A DNA stretch of 33,831 bases from Blastocystis sp. subtype 4 (GCF_000743755.1 NW_014569454.1:1-33831), one strand, 5' to 3'. Counted from the first letter of the stretch, positions 21,341 to 33,831 are shown. Translations and numbers: made by a program. Notes: generated from the sequence alone by a model not told the origin.

Positions 21341-24300
21341 TCAATCATTTTGTCTCAAAGCATCAAACAGAGGATTGGAGAAGCCTGGAATGGATTCTTC
21401 TTCACAAGTCAGAACATCATTATCCTCTCGTGGATGTCTGATGATGTGAGCTTTGCGACCCAAGAAGTTGTGAATCAATTTCTTCTTCTCCTTCTCTTTT
21501 CGTCGTTGGCTCAAGTGACGTGGGAGTTGAATTGGCTTTCGGAGGAGAGAAACCAGTCCTGAGAATCCCATTGCATTGGCAACCACAACTGATGCCTGAG
21601 TGACGTGTTGCGATGTTTGAGAGAAGAGGTCTGTGAGAAGACGCCTCCTCAACAGAATGAGAATATGCTTCAATGAACAGACTCGTTCTCTGAGAGTAAT
21701 GGAATTCAATGTGAATGGAATGAGAGCATATTCTGCTTGTGGTGTGGGTGTGAGAGCACAATAGACCTGAATAGCATTTACTCGCAGATACTTCAAACGA
21801 ATTGGAGTCAAGATTGGTGATTGTGTGAATCGTCTCATTGGAAGAACTCTGTAATTGGCTGCCTCAAAGAATGTGATAAGGGATTTTAGAGCAGGAATTG
21901 AGAACTGAAGTCGAAGAGGAGCTACAGAAATGACAACAGAATGAACCGTAACCAATCTTCCTGTTTCCATGTTGACAGTGATATGAAGACTTGGAGGTAA
22001 TGACTCAAGAGATGAAGTTCCCAGAGTGAATGGTGAAAGAGAGAGTGGATTGTCCATTGTAGACTGACTGGCTGTAATTTGTAACAATTCGAGAGTCATA
22101 TCAACGTGAATGGAACCGTCTGAAGAAATCATTTGAAAGATGAAGTCGTTTAGATCACATTCTGCTTCTCCATCATCCAATTGGAGAACAAGTGAATGTA
22201 AGCAACATTTGAGCTCGTGTGGAAGACGATTTGACCATGATAAAGCACTTACCATCTTGTTGAGAAGAGCTTCAACTCGTTGTCTCTCGTCAATCCCAAC
22301 GATCATATCTTCTGTTTGAGAGAAATGAGTGGGGCGATACATCTGAGGGAGATTCAGAATCGAGGGACAAGAAACTGTTCGTGTGATAGCCTCTCTCTTC
22401 CAACGCAATTCTTTCAATCTGTGATAAGTAGATTGAAGGATATGCAGTGTTAAATCCTGAGGATGAACTGCGAAACACAGAGGTTCTCGAACATGAAGAG
22501 TCTGAAGGTCACGAAGAATGAGAATCAGAATGGCGAGATTTTGACTGCTTATTACGGCGAGAACTGAGGATATGGAGAAGTAAACCGAAGACGAAAAGGT
22601 TAGGGAGATGGAGGGAATTGATATGATTGGATGATACGATGAATTTGATTCACTTCGTGAGACATGTGGGAAGGGAGAAGTAACCAATTCACTTGCAGCC
22701 GTTTCATCGTTTGTAACTCCTACATCAATCCAATCCAATAAAAAGTCTTGATCTGAAAGAGAGAGATTGGTGAAGACACAGACACATGCAATACGTTGGA
22801 CTTGATTGGCCGAAGGATGAATTGCGCGATATTTGAGTGAGATAGAATGGATACAAAGGGCAAAATGAGGAGGAAGAGAGAAGGAAGAAGGTTGAGAACC
22901 AGATAGAAGTGACTGGATTTGCTTTTCAACAGTGAATCGGAAGAGACTTGAAGAGAGTTGATTGAAGAGAGAATAGAGAGAACATAGAGAGGCGGCACTG
23001 AGAAGGGAATGAATGGATTGGATTTGAATGGAGATACCATCTTCGAATGAAAGTGAAATGAAGTTTGATAGAAAGAAACGAAAAGGAGGTAGATTGATAC
23101 GAAAAAGGGAGATGGTGAGAGAGTCAATAGTGAATTGGGAAAGAGAAAGAAACGAAACATTATCAAAACTGAAAGTAATACCTATTTCAGGTGGGAGTTC
23201 GAAATGAATGTCAAGTCGAGAGAAATAAGTGAAGAGAGAAGAGAATGAGGAGATCGAAGATGATGATGAAGCGAAGGAGGTTGTGAATGATGACGGAATA
23301 GCATCCAGAATGGCATAATTGATGTGAATGGTAAGATTGGAATGATCTGACGGAGCATATGACTCCATACAACTGAAGCCCATATCTGTTCCTTCGCACA
23401 TCACCAAACATTCATCATCACGAAGGATGTGAAGAGAGAGAACCATACATTCAGCTTTCCAGTCAGGAGAGAGTAAGAGATCGAGTTTGGCAACAGAAAG
23501 ATTTGCGTTCATTCCAATTGGATGCTTCGCAACACAGCATACTGTATCGATCATCAGTGATATTCTCAACAAAGGAGTAGAAGAAGAGGATGAGAGAGGA
23601 AGAGAAGGGAAGTGATCGAACAAGACTGAAAGTGTGAGATAGTCCAGCCCTGCACTCAATGACTTCAAATCCATGTGTCCAGTGATCGATGGTGGTAATG
23701 AGACTGGAGTTGAGGTGATTAGTGTTGAGTCTGATGGAGAAGTTGACTGGAACTGATCAGCTGTATGAAGAACGAGATGCGATGTAAACGAATTCAGAGA
23801 TAAGGCCGGATACTCATCACTCAACAGATGTAGAAGAAGAGATGAGAATGCAATCGAATAGGATTCTGAATCGATACAAACGTGAGATGAATCCAAAGAG
23901 ACCGATAAGAGAGGAAGCGTATTGCTAATCACGTCTTTCTTTCCGTGTTGGATCCAGATCGTCTGTATTGCAACTTGTTGCAGTGGATTCAATGGAACAG
24001 ATAAAGACAATGATTGATCAGAGAGTGTCAAATGAATTGGTTTTGTGGGTTTCAATGGTTCCCAGAAGAAATAGTCATAGAATGAAGAGAAAGAGGGTCT
24101 CCAGTAACCAATTGTTCGCATCAGATTTGATTGGATTCGCTGAACATCTTCTAGGATGGAATCCAGAGTCTGATAGACTTGGAGAAGATTTGTAATGGAA
24201 TAAACTCCATTATCCACGGTCATACATTGACGAATTGAATCTATCAAATAGTTGTCATATCGATTGCTTACAATCAATAAGATGATTACAATGTTCAGAT

Positions 24301-26142
24301 CGTAACAGATACTCAAGTGATAAAACACCAAATACACTCTTAGATCTCTTCAACTCTCCTTCACATCCATTCAACAAACAATCACTAATTAGTACTTCTT
24401 GAAAGGTTAATCCTTTCATTTGAACACACATTCCATTCATTTCAATCCCTATCTCTTCAAAGAAGAAGTCAATTGCAGGCATGTAATTGGATCCCCATCG
24501 GTTCACATGCACAAGCAGAGACCATGAATCTGATTGAAGTACCACCTCCGTATCCAAACACTCCATTCGATCTAATTGGTTTCCATCTGCTGATCCAGTA
24601 CTCCAGAAAAAGTCACGAATTCGTTCATACTCTTTTGGATCAGAATAGTCTCGATTTCGTCTGGAGCTGGGAGGGTAAAGAGTTCCTTGGCGTGCCGAAT
24701 GGTCTGTGGAGAAGGTATTGAACAATCGAGCAGATTGGAAACAGCCAGTACGCAGTGTGGCCCAAACATCAAATAAGGCACACCAGACAGAAAAGGTAAT
24801 TTCTTGGGCCATATGAATAACAGTAGCAAGCTGTGATGGTGTGATGTTCACACGGATATGAGAGAAGGCAATGTCAAGATAATGAGAATCATGTCCAATT
24901 AGGGATCCTCTTGAGACAAGGAGAAGCAGTTGATCTGAATCATAGAGTCGGGAGTTGAGAAACTCCACACTCCAGGAGGGATCATATTGTGAACTCAGAG
25001 TAACCATGAGATGTGTTTGGAGTAGGAGAGTAGTGAGAGAGGATGGTGCTGAGGTTTGAGAAGGTCGGTGAGACCCAACACTACACTGATTGGAGTCAAT
25101 TGCAATATACAACAAGCACTGTTTGAAATCAAGGATCCAAGAATTAGAATGATTTGTAGGGACATGAGAGAGAAAGGGAGGATGATGAAGTGTTGTGAGT
25201 CGAGGACCACAAATCCAATTCCTTGAAGTAGCTAGGAGATGCCAGTCAAAAGCAAGTCTCCAACGCTTTGGAATCAGTAATAGGAGAGTACATAGAGATT
25301 GAAGAGTGGTATCAACTGATAAGGGAGAATAGTGTATTACAATGAGAGAGATTGACAGTCGACGCTTCTCACAAAGTAGAGATTGAAGGGAAAGAATCTG
25401 TTCTTTGTTGGTTGTGAGAATAGCTGAATCCAGAGTAAGAGATTGATTATTCCATACAATATTTGTAAGAATGAACAAGGAATGATTGAAATGAAACTCC
25501 AGTTCTTTCAAATGAACAATCACAATCATTTCTTGATGGAATTGAGTATCATTTGATTTCAGAATATTGTTTACAATCGTATTTATAAGAGTATCACAAT
25601 TAAAGTGATCTGAAAAGAGGTGAATGTAATTCCATTCCGTCTCTATTCCTGTCTTCTGAATAACACCCTTTCCTTCTTTTCCTTCAAAAACACACTTTCC
25701 ATTCTCAGTTAACAATACTTGGTTTACTGCAAAGACAAGATGGGAAAGTGATACTTCCATACAAATATCACTTACAATCAATGTGCACTCTTCATATGTA
25801 GCTGAAATACAAGAACAGAAAAAGGTGCAGGAAGGAAAGTGAATGGAGGGAGAAGAGAGACAGCACCGAAAAGCTATATTACCAGCACAGACACCAAATT
25901 GGATTGGATACAAACGAATGACGAGTTGAAATGAAGGGAATGAGGGATAGATGATGGGGATGAGAAGCGTTCGAAGTTGAATTCGCTTTCCAATGAACTA
26001 CTCATTATGATAACGCCATAAACATACCCGAAATAACAAAATTCGACTCAGGATATTGATGAGAAGGAGAGTCTAGGAAACAAGCATATGAATTCATTAC
26101 GATAATTGCAGAAGAAAACAGAACCTTCACAACAAGAAACAT
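21341..26142 (-). CDS. Large protein (~1570 aa), probable bridge-like lipid transfer protein (BLTP2/Hobbit/Fmp27-like)
   Basis: ATG 26142, N-terminal hydrophobic anchor, two short 5' introns and intron 24241-24271 join the 552- and 998-aa ORFs in frame. Amphipathic beta pattern throughout, and C-terminal APLRLQF...LITFF...LKYLRVNAIQVYC. Gene model is firmer than the family call. Confidence 0.55.
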
Positions 26143-26233
26143 AATAAGATTAGAAAAGAAGGACTTCAAGGGATATGACAAAAAAGGATGGAATACCACA
26201 ATAAAGCTCCTAGGTTCAAGTTAATTAGAATAG

Positions 26234-27765
26234 ATGGATGAGGTATCGGACCAAAAATCATTTGTGATAAATAGATTGTTGCAAGGGTGATCCTTTTGCA
26301 GAAACCCGATCTCTCCGAAACCAAGACCCCTGAACATTTATCTGCGATTTTAGAAAGAATCAAGACATTAAAGGATGTTCGAATAGCCCATATGTTGATG
26401 GTGGGTGAATGAGACATGAATAATGAATAGAACATACTCATAGAGCTGTTAAAATCTTCAAATCATCGAATTATCACTCTGGTGCTATCAATTGTTCTTG
26501 CACTTCCAACATCCTTGAAATTACAAATTCGAGCGGATTTGACTGGATTTATCCTTGCTCTTTTTAAATGGAAGATTCTGGAGTATAAGGATTGTCATGA
26601 ATTGGCCTTCACTGTAATTAAACTGTTGTTAACTCCAAAGATTGCGGATCAATCGATTGCCGAAGCCTTTTTGACGTCAGTCTCTCCATCATGTATTTCC
26701 TCTCAAGAAGTGTCAGAAGTGTTACATATTCTGTCTCTATTGGATTCATCCATCTTATACAATCTTTCTTCTTCGATCGATCGAGTATTTTCTCTCTACT
26801 ATCCGAATTCTTCATCTCTTCCAGAAGATTTGCAAGAACTTCGCCTATCGTATTTCTAATTTGATAATATTAGGAATAGACTCTATCAAGTGGTTCAGAC
26901 ACAGCATTTTCCTCTGTTACTGCCTGACTCTTCTCCAGTCCGTTCTCGTCTACTTAGTTCTCCTTCAGGTATTCTGAGTGATGAGACCATTCTTGCATCG
27001 AATGAGACCATTCCTGGATCAAACCAAACCATTCATGCATCAAATCAGACCATTTCTACACCACATCAGACTGTTCTTACATCACATCAATCTATTTTGG
27101 CCTATTTCCCGTGGGTTCTTCTTCTACTACTAGGAGTTGCATCGTTGTTGATCACATTCCTAATTGTCCAAGATCCTCCTCCATCAGTAGTACTCTCATC
27201 TCAACCCAATTTCGACTCGGCAGCATCCTATGTGCCGCCTACGTTGGAGCCAGAGACAGTGATGATTCTAGATCCATCTCTGCCTTATATTCGAGAAGAG
27301 GAGGATGCCTTTGTGATTGAGGAGGGTACAGACAGTAACAGTGAGATTCAGGAAAAAGCTACTGAAATGGGTGAAGATCCCTCAGTGAGTATCCTTGATG
27401 GTTCTACGATGGATTTGTCAATGGATATTCTTGATAACTCTTCGGAGGATCCCTCGATGACGGTCCTCGACGAGTCGGTTGTCGATCTATCTGTTGCTTC
27501 CAGTACTACCGTCACATCTTCACTCCTCTTTCTTCTCTTCGTTGTTGGTAGGATTCCTGTCTCTTCCTCATTCCTAGTAATTGTTGCACTCTGGATTCGA
27601 TTTCAGTCTCGCTCAACTCCTCAACCCATTCCGTCCACTCCTTATCATCATCGGACATCCATCTATCACCCTACAACTGCAGACCTACCTCCAATTACTC
27701 CATGCCCCGACTCTCTTGAGATGAATCGAAGAGGGACCAATCGATTTGACTCCAATGTACTCTAG
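26234..27765 (+). CDS. Hypothetical membrane protein: helical N-terminus, short peptide repeats, two hydrophobic segments
   Basis: ATG 26234 and three short introns link the 125- and 291-aa ORFs in frame. Confidence 0.55.
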
Positions 27766-27788
27766 TGCTTTTGAAGTGTTTATTTCAC

Positions 27789-27796
27789 AACAAACA
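27789..27796 (-). terminator. TGTTTGTT 3'-end processing motif of the LMW-PTP gene
   Basis: Exact motif, 4 nt after in-frame T at 27801. Confidence 0.8.
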
Positions 27797-27800
27797 AACG

Positions 27801-28336
27801 ACAGCAAACTGTTAAGGATATTGGGACACGCCATTTCAACCATTGTATAGATTTCTTCAAAGCAAGCAGCTTGATCTATTTATCATACATAATAAATTCG
27901 AATACCTCGTGCATAATATGCATCAGGAACCTCCTTACCCTTCTGGCCAGGGAGATAGTCCGAAAGCATATGGATCTCTCCTTTCCCTTTAGGGTTCAGT
28001 TCCTTCTTCATATACTCCAAATCTTCAATATTTGAACTAATCATCACAACGATGACTCTAGTTATACCGATCCATTCCAATAATCAAATCAAACTGATCA
28101 AAGTCCTTCTTTGTAACTTGACGGGCTCGATGCCTCGAAATGTCAAAACCATGTTTCTTTGCACACCGTTGACCTCCAGAGTGAGGGCTTTCTCCCGTAT
28201 GGTAATTGCTTGTGGCTGCTGAGTCCACTGTGACGTTGTTGGGTTGAGTTGTCATTTTGAGATAGTTACGCATCACACCTTCTGCAAGGGGTGATCTACA
28301 GATATTTCCCAAGCAAACAAACAAAATGGCAGGCAT
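27801..28336 (-). CDS. Low-molecular-weight protein tyrosine phosphatase, 3 exons
   Basis: ILFVCLGNICRSP P-loop, DSAAT, FDLIIGMD, VPDAYY; introns of 31 and 30 nt; in-frame T at 27801 before TGTTTGTT. Confidence 0.92.
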
Positions 28337-28349
28337 GAGAAAGAATCAA

Positions 28350-29133
28350 TTAGTAAATACTCGCTTTCAAGTAATCATGTATTGTTTGAATACTATTTCC
28401 CAAAACACTACAGTTGCAACAGTCAACTGTACACGGCGCATACTTACGGAATTCGTAGTCCGAAGGGGCATTCTGCAACTCTCCCACTTCTTTCTGTACA
28501 GCATAGAAAACGGCCGAATTATGGACACAGCCACGCTGATCTGACTTGTTCACACAAAGAAGAATAGGAACGGGATTTACAAGAAACTCCTTACAGTTGA
28601 AGAGAGAATTGATAAACGAGGCAATTCGCTTAATGTTAATGTTTTGACCATCAGCAATATAAAGAATACAGGAAGCGGAGTTCAAGTGGGGTATGAGAAC
28701 TGAAGCATCTTCAATAGATTGTTTGATACCCACAATCGAAAGATCTGCTAATTTCATTTCCGTTTCAACATTCACTTCTTCTTTGACAGTTGTCATCTCT
28801 GTACACTCGGTTTCAATGACCTGACATTGATGATCAACCGCAATCTACTGTTTAAAAAGTATAGTGAATCGTACTTTATTAATCAGAGAAGTTCTTCCGC
28901 TCTTGGGATCACCAACGAGAAGAACCTTTGGTGTTTTTGTTGTTCTATGCCGTTTTCTCCATTCTACTATTCCAATAATCACTAAATAGCATAAATTCGT
29001 CAATGCACACGTACAGATAAAAAGGAGAGCGGAGACAACATAGAGGACCGTAAGAAGGGAAGTGTAATAAATAACAGATGCCTGTTTCTACAGAATGAGT
29101 GTTATCACAGATTGACAGATACACTTGAAACAT
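28350..29133 (-). CDS. Signal recognition particle receptor beta-like GTPase (divergent)
   Basis: Spliced product has an N-terminal TM helix, then KVLLVGDPKSGRTS (G1) and PILLCVNKSD (G4). Confidence 0.65.
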
Positions 29134-29234
29134 GAAGATATCTCCGAAAGAGGGCAATTCCCTTATTATGAAGGGACGAAATGAGCGCTGGAAGAGTTTG
29201 AACCCAATCCCTCATGAATAATATGAGTTCTTCT

Positions 29235-29242
29235 AACAAACA
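29235..29242 (-). terminator. TGTTTGTT 3'-end processing motif of the GT49 gene
   Basis: Exact motif, 4 nt after the T of the genomic TGA. Confidence 0.75.
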
Positions 29243-29244
29243 CT

Positions 29245-31292
29245 TCATACCGACGTATAATATTCCGTTTGAACAGATTTACAAATCTTAAACGGAGTTA
29301 CATTCTTATACTTTTCGTTTAATTCACGTTGGAACACAGCATATACACTTCGCATATCACTTTTTTCTCTATGAATACCCTTCAAATAGTTCTTTCGATA
29401 AGAGGAATCAGGATGCGGTAAATCAATAGCATACTGATTGTTGAGAATATAGAACTGATATCCCGCAGACCGTAAATGTTCAATGAGCTGGACTTTGTTA
29501 TATCCATAATTGATGAATCGTTCGTCGAAGAGAGGAGTTGATTCTCCATAACGTAGTAACACGTACGGTTCCTGAAAATCTGTGATGAAGCATCGAATTG
29601 CAGAAACATTGGATGAATGAGACGTAAACCATTCTGGCATCACATACATGTGAGTACGAATTCCATTCTTCGATGATTGACAATTCTTTGTGATCATACA
29701 AGCTATCAATTCATCTTTTGTTTCTGGCATGAATTCTACTGTTCTATTCATGAAATGAGAGTAAAGTAATTACAGTTGAACACATGTTCGAATTGAATCA
29801 CATCGCTGTAAGATCCGTTTGCGATCAAAAAAGAAGACAGGAAGAATTACAGCTGCATGATCATTTTCAATAAGAGATTTTGGGAGAGACATCAGAGTAT
29901 CATACAGATTCACGGTGGGCCACAAATCCATATCCAGAATTTGAAAGTGCGTTCCCACGATATTCCGAATACCCAAATTTCGCAGTTTATTCACAGGAAA
30001 CTGTCCATTTTCTGAAGAAGAAGGAGGAATAAGATAGAGAATGGTGATAAGACGATTCGGGAGATAGGTTCGAGAGAGAAAGTTGAGCATAGCTGTCTGA
30101 TCAGAAGCAGGTCCATTCAACACCATGACAAGTGGTCTTAAGAATGATAGAATGAGAGAGACAATACCCTGACCATCGATATAAGAGATGAGGAAGAAGG
30201 AACATTCGATTGATAGTAGTCACACAGACACCACATACTTGATAAGGAGTATCTTTCGAAGGATACACATCTGAATGGAATTCATTACCAAATACATACT
30301 GTTTTGATTCATCTTAACTTCTGTATTTCCTATGAATTTTCGAATGACAATATTTGTCACTTCTTTTTCATCGATATGTATTTCTCGCTCAGGCATGGTA
30401 CATCCTTCACAAACTCCTCCTTCCACTCTCTTCACCTGACGAGCAAGTTTCTTCCTTCGTTTCTCTCTTGACGATCGATTCTCTCTCCTTTTCTGTTCCA
30501 ACATCCTTGATGTCAGTTGTTGTCTGTATCGAGTCAATTTCTCTCCTTTTAGTGACTGGAGTCGCTTCATTTCTGCTGGAGAGATGTATTTGTGCAAATC
30601 ATTCTCAATGTCCAGAAAGGCAGTTAGATTTTCATATAACGGTAGCCACCGTATCACACGCATGCGCTGTGACTCTAAAACAAGCGATTCCTGTTCATTA
30701 AGTTCTTTACGAATAGGCCATAGATGACCATCACGGATATGGTCAGGAGGATAATACGTCTCATTAGACGCTTCTAACTTTTGCATCCGCACATAACGAT
30801 TGCTAAATCGGAATCGTTTCCCATATCGCGGGATAGAAGGATCAACTGGCTTAGTTGGTTTTGGAGGTTTAATATCTTCATATCCGCTTTCTTCGGATTC
30901 AGTTGTATCGGAATTCGAAGCATCTTCACGAAGACTTGTTAGGGTATCATCCTTTCGATTGTCGTTAGTATCGACACTACCTTCCTGTCCCAGTCCATCA
31001 CCTTCATTTGTATCATCCACACCAAAAACATCGACATTGACCTCACGAACACGATTCTCTACTTCTTCATTGCCAGAAGACTGAAAATCATTCTTCTGAG
31101 ACGAGCGTCGAATTATCACAGGCACAGATGTCGATTCTGTGGAAGCTAACCAATAATTCAATGAATACTACTATTACAATAAGCTTCCTTTTCTTCCACA
31201 GAATACACATGAATCTAATAATAACTCCCACTTTCAACAATAACCATTGTATATGGATAAGGTTTCTGAGCACAGCGAATTGAAGAACGCAT
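29245..31292 (-). CDS. GT49-family (LARGE/B4GAT1-like) glycosyltransferase with long charged N-terminal region; start uncertain
   Basis: Short introns join three ORFs: TTINRMFLL...RWSGP, FPVNKLRN, LDMDLWP (DxD), EPYV...PLFDERFINYGYNKVQ, DLPH. Confidence 0.85.
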
Positions 31293-31547
31293 CACATTGC
31301 TATCATATGAAAAAAAGAACAAAAGGAGACTATTCGATTGTTGCGAAGAGAAGAGTGACTCCTATTATCAAAATGAGAAACAATCGAATCCCTAAAGCCA
31401 ATTGCATCTCTTTCACAACAAAGGCAATGTGATTGTGAAAACCTTAATGGGATCAGTATTCGTTCTGCTTGACGTGTCGCTTTTCTGTTTTTTGGATATT
31501 ATCCTGTGGCTCGAGTATCATTTGTACTTTTCAAAAGACGTTGGATC

Positions 31548-33675
31548 ATGTTAAGAACAGATCCATGGATAATAGGACTTGTTGTAGTATCTTTTGATGA
31601 TGAAAAAGGTCCGGTGATTGATTTCGCTAGTCCTTCCGCCTTTCTCACCCCGAAACTAGAGAATGATATAAAATGGATTTCTCTTCCTCGTGAGACAAAT
31701 CACGTCCATGATGATTGTTTCTTTGTGTTTCGGTTACGTAGTGATCGGGAAATTCCCTATTTTGAATCTAGTTTTCAGAATCACGATTACTGCTATGGGT
31801 ATGTGTATTTTCAGTAATAATTGCATGGTTGGGATTCATGGGAAGATGCCACGAGGATTCCTCTTATAAACGGGGTTATCGTCAAGAGTCGACTGTAGTA
31901 TTATCCAGACTTCCTATTTATGGTTTTTATCGCAAGTAGGTGATGAAGAGGTCTTTTAGTCTAGTATTGTAACGTTTCTAGGTACACTCTATTCTTCTTT
32001 GGGTTCCTATATTCTATCTGTGGCACTGGAATGTATTGAACGATGGTAGGATATAGATGATGTGTTAATTGCGAGGCCCTTTCCCTCAATTCACGAATCT
32101 TATACGCTTACACTACTAGATAATGAATTCTCTGTTCGAATTCCCAATTTGCCAAGTGTACGTCGTGCCCTAAATCATTCTCGTTCATCTGTCGTTTCAT
32201 TCGCCTTATCAACTGGGAATGATGGTTCAAAAGAGAGGACTCAAAAAGGAACCAAGGAAGAGTTACCTGAGAATAGAGCTGCCAACGAGAAGGTTACTAA
32301 CAGTTCATTCCATTCTCCTTCGGAAGCTGGAGAAGCTTTACCTGAGACGCATAATCTTATATTGTCGACTCATGAGTTATCCCAAAGTGATCAGGTACTA
32401 GGCTCGCCTCTACATATCCCTTCACGACGTCAATCTCATGCAGCCTCTTTCAACGATACAAATGTCTCTTCTTTCCAGTTCACTCCTCATAATCTCTGTG
32501 GTCAGTCTCGTGATACATCTACTCGTTGTGAAGTGTGTCTCGTGAGTGATGGTATTGATGGCCCCTTCATTGTAAGGAAATACTACCTTATCTACTCTAG
32601 GACATCCCATTGTTGCCCCAGCTTCAATCTTTCAGCGGACTTATTGACATGATGTGGGCACATCTTCTTTTGTCTCGCTCTCTCCTTGTCTTCTCTCCCT
32701 CTGCTGCCACTCTTTCACATTCCTTCCTTCTCCTCTCTTCACTCCTCGCTCCTCTTGAACTCCAGTTGGATCTGAGGCCATCTCTTACGGTGTATGACCC
32801 TGACTATGCCACATTTGCCTCACCTTCTTCACCTCTCTCCCTCCTTGCTGGCACTACAGATCCTCTTGTTGTCGAAACGCTCTCACGTCATATCGATGTT
32901 CTGTTGATCGGAGAGGGACCTGGAGAGTGTATGGAATATAGTAGTCCCACGGGAATAAAGCGAATCGTAACGGAAGTGGCTCGAGGTGGAAACACAGTTC
33001 TTATGCAACATGAACTCTCTCACCGTGAATCCTGGAATTCCCGTTTTCTGAATGATCTCAGTGCAGTTCTAACAATGCCTAATCGTAATTCCGAGACAGA
33101 TGTATCGTTCTCAGAGCGTTCGAAAGGAACGAATGGGTTCTTGCGAACACTGTTGTATCGTCACACAGTCAGTTTTCTGGAGCCATTTCAGCGTTGTTTA
33201 CGGGAATTTGAAGCTGAAGCCAAATCATCATCTCATCGTGAGAATATATTTGAAGTATTGAGAGATAGATCCTTATGTGTCTGCAGCATGGCTTCTGCGT
33301 GATACGGATGAATGGCGCGTAGAGGAGTGGATCCATCTGCATTCTGAGATGCTGAAGTATCCATTCTCAGAGGCTGATTCTGAACTCCTGTATCGATTCA
33401 GTACATCTCCTCAGGTAACACAGATGTTGAGAGATATGAAGAGGAATCTTGAACAAGAATTGACAACACAGGCTCGAGCCTGTGTGAGAATGGAGCAAGA
33501 GGAGTTTGTACATAGGCTACCACAAGATCCGAAAGGACGAGAAGCGATTCGAAAACGAATTATGAGTGTAAGAGGTGAGAAAAGAATGAATGATAGGAAC
33601 TGGAGCATGAAAAGCGACTACATGGAGTCAATGTATCAATACTTCAAAGACAGTTGAAATGGTTGGATTCCACTT
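31548..33675 (+). CDS. DENN-domain protein, DENND6/FAM116-like Rab GEF
   Basis: WIIGLVVVSFDDEKGP, CFFVFRLR, YGYVYFQ..DSSYKRGYRQES.VVLSRLP, DLRPSLTVYD, GTTDP; about six 29-32-nt introns; in-frame T at 33675 before TGTTTGTT. Confidence 0.82.
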
Positions 33676-33679
33676 TTTA

Positions 33680-33687
33680 TGTTTGTT
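33680..33687 (+). terminator. TGTTTGTT 3'-end processing motif of the DENN gene
   Basis: Exact motif, 4 nt after in-frame T at 33675. Confidence 0.78.
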
Positions 33688-33732
33688 GATAGTAAGAATG
33701 GAATTGATATAGTCTGAGACTGAGAAGTGAAT

Positions 33733-33831
33733 AAGAACGGTCATATCTAGTGGAAAGCGCCCTAACCCGTCTGATCTAGGAAGCTAAGTCATTACGAGTT
33801 GAGTTAGTACCAGTGTGTTTAACCCGCTGAG
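33733..33831 (+). rRNA. 5S rRNA gene, divergent, truncated by the window end
   Basis: Collinear with eukaryotic 5S: ACGGTCATA, GCGCCC..CCCGTCTGATCT.GGAAGCTAAG, GTTAGTAC. Helix II (TCTAGTGG/TCATTACGA) and helix III (CCTA/TAGG) pair through compensatory changes. Confidence 0.85.

Overview
Gene-dense eukaryotic nuclear DNA, very likely from Blastocystis (inferred from ~25-37-nt GT-AG introns, tiny intergenic spacers, and repeated TGTTTGTT 3' motifs placed so that polyadenylation completes a UAA stop). After manual splicing it holds about 20 genes: an MRO-targeted 2Fe-2S ferredoxin, a WKF protein, SDHAF4, a succinyl-CoA synthetase alpha pseudogene, RPL21, a ~2535-aa reducing type I PKS (KS-AT-DH-ER-KR-ACP) fused to a PLP-dependent alpha-oxoamine synthase, a two-domain cathepsin Z head-to-head with a legumain whose S1 pocket is remodelled, a RING protein, a secreted Cys-rich/mucin/collagen protein, a JTB-like protein, a C2H2 factor, a compact BLTP-like protein, LMW-PTP, SRP receptor beta, a GT49 glycosyltransferase, a DENND6-like protein and a divergent 5S rRNA gene cut by the window end. 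The PKS-oxoamine synthase, a possible one-protein sphingoid-like aminolipid pathway, is the best candidate for an undescribed system. All calls come from reading motifs by eye; no searches were run.
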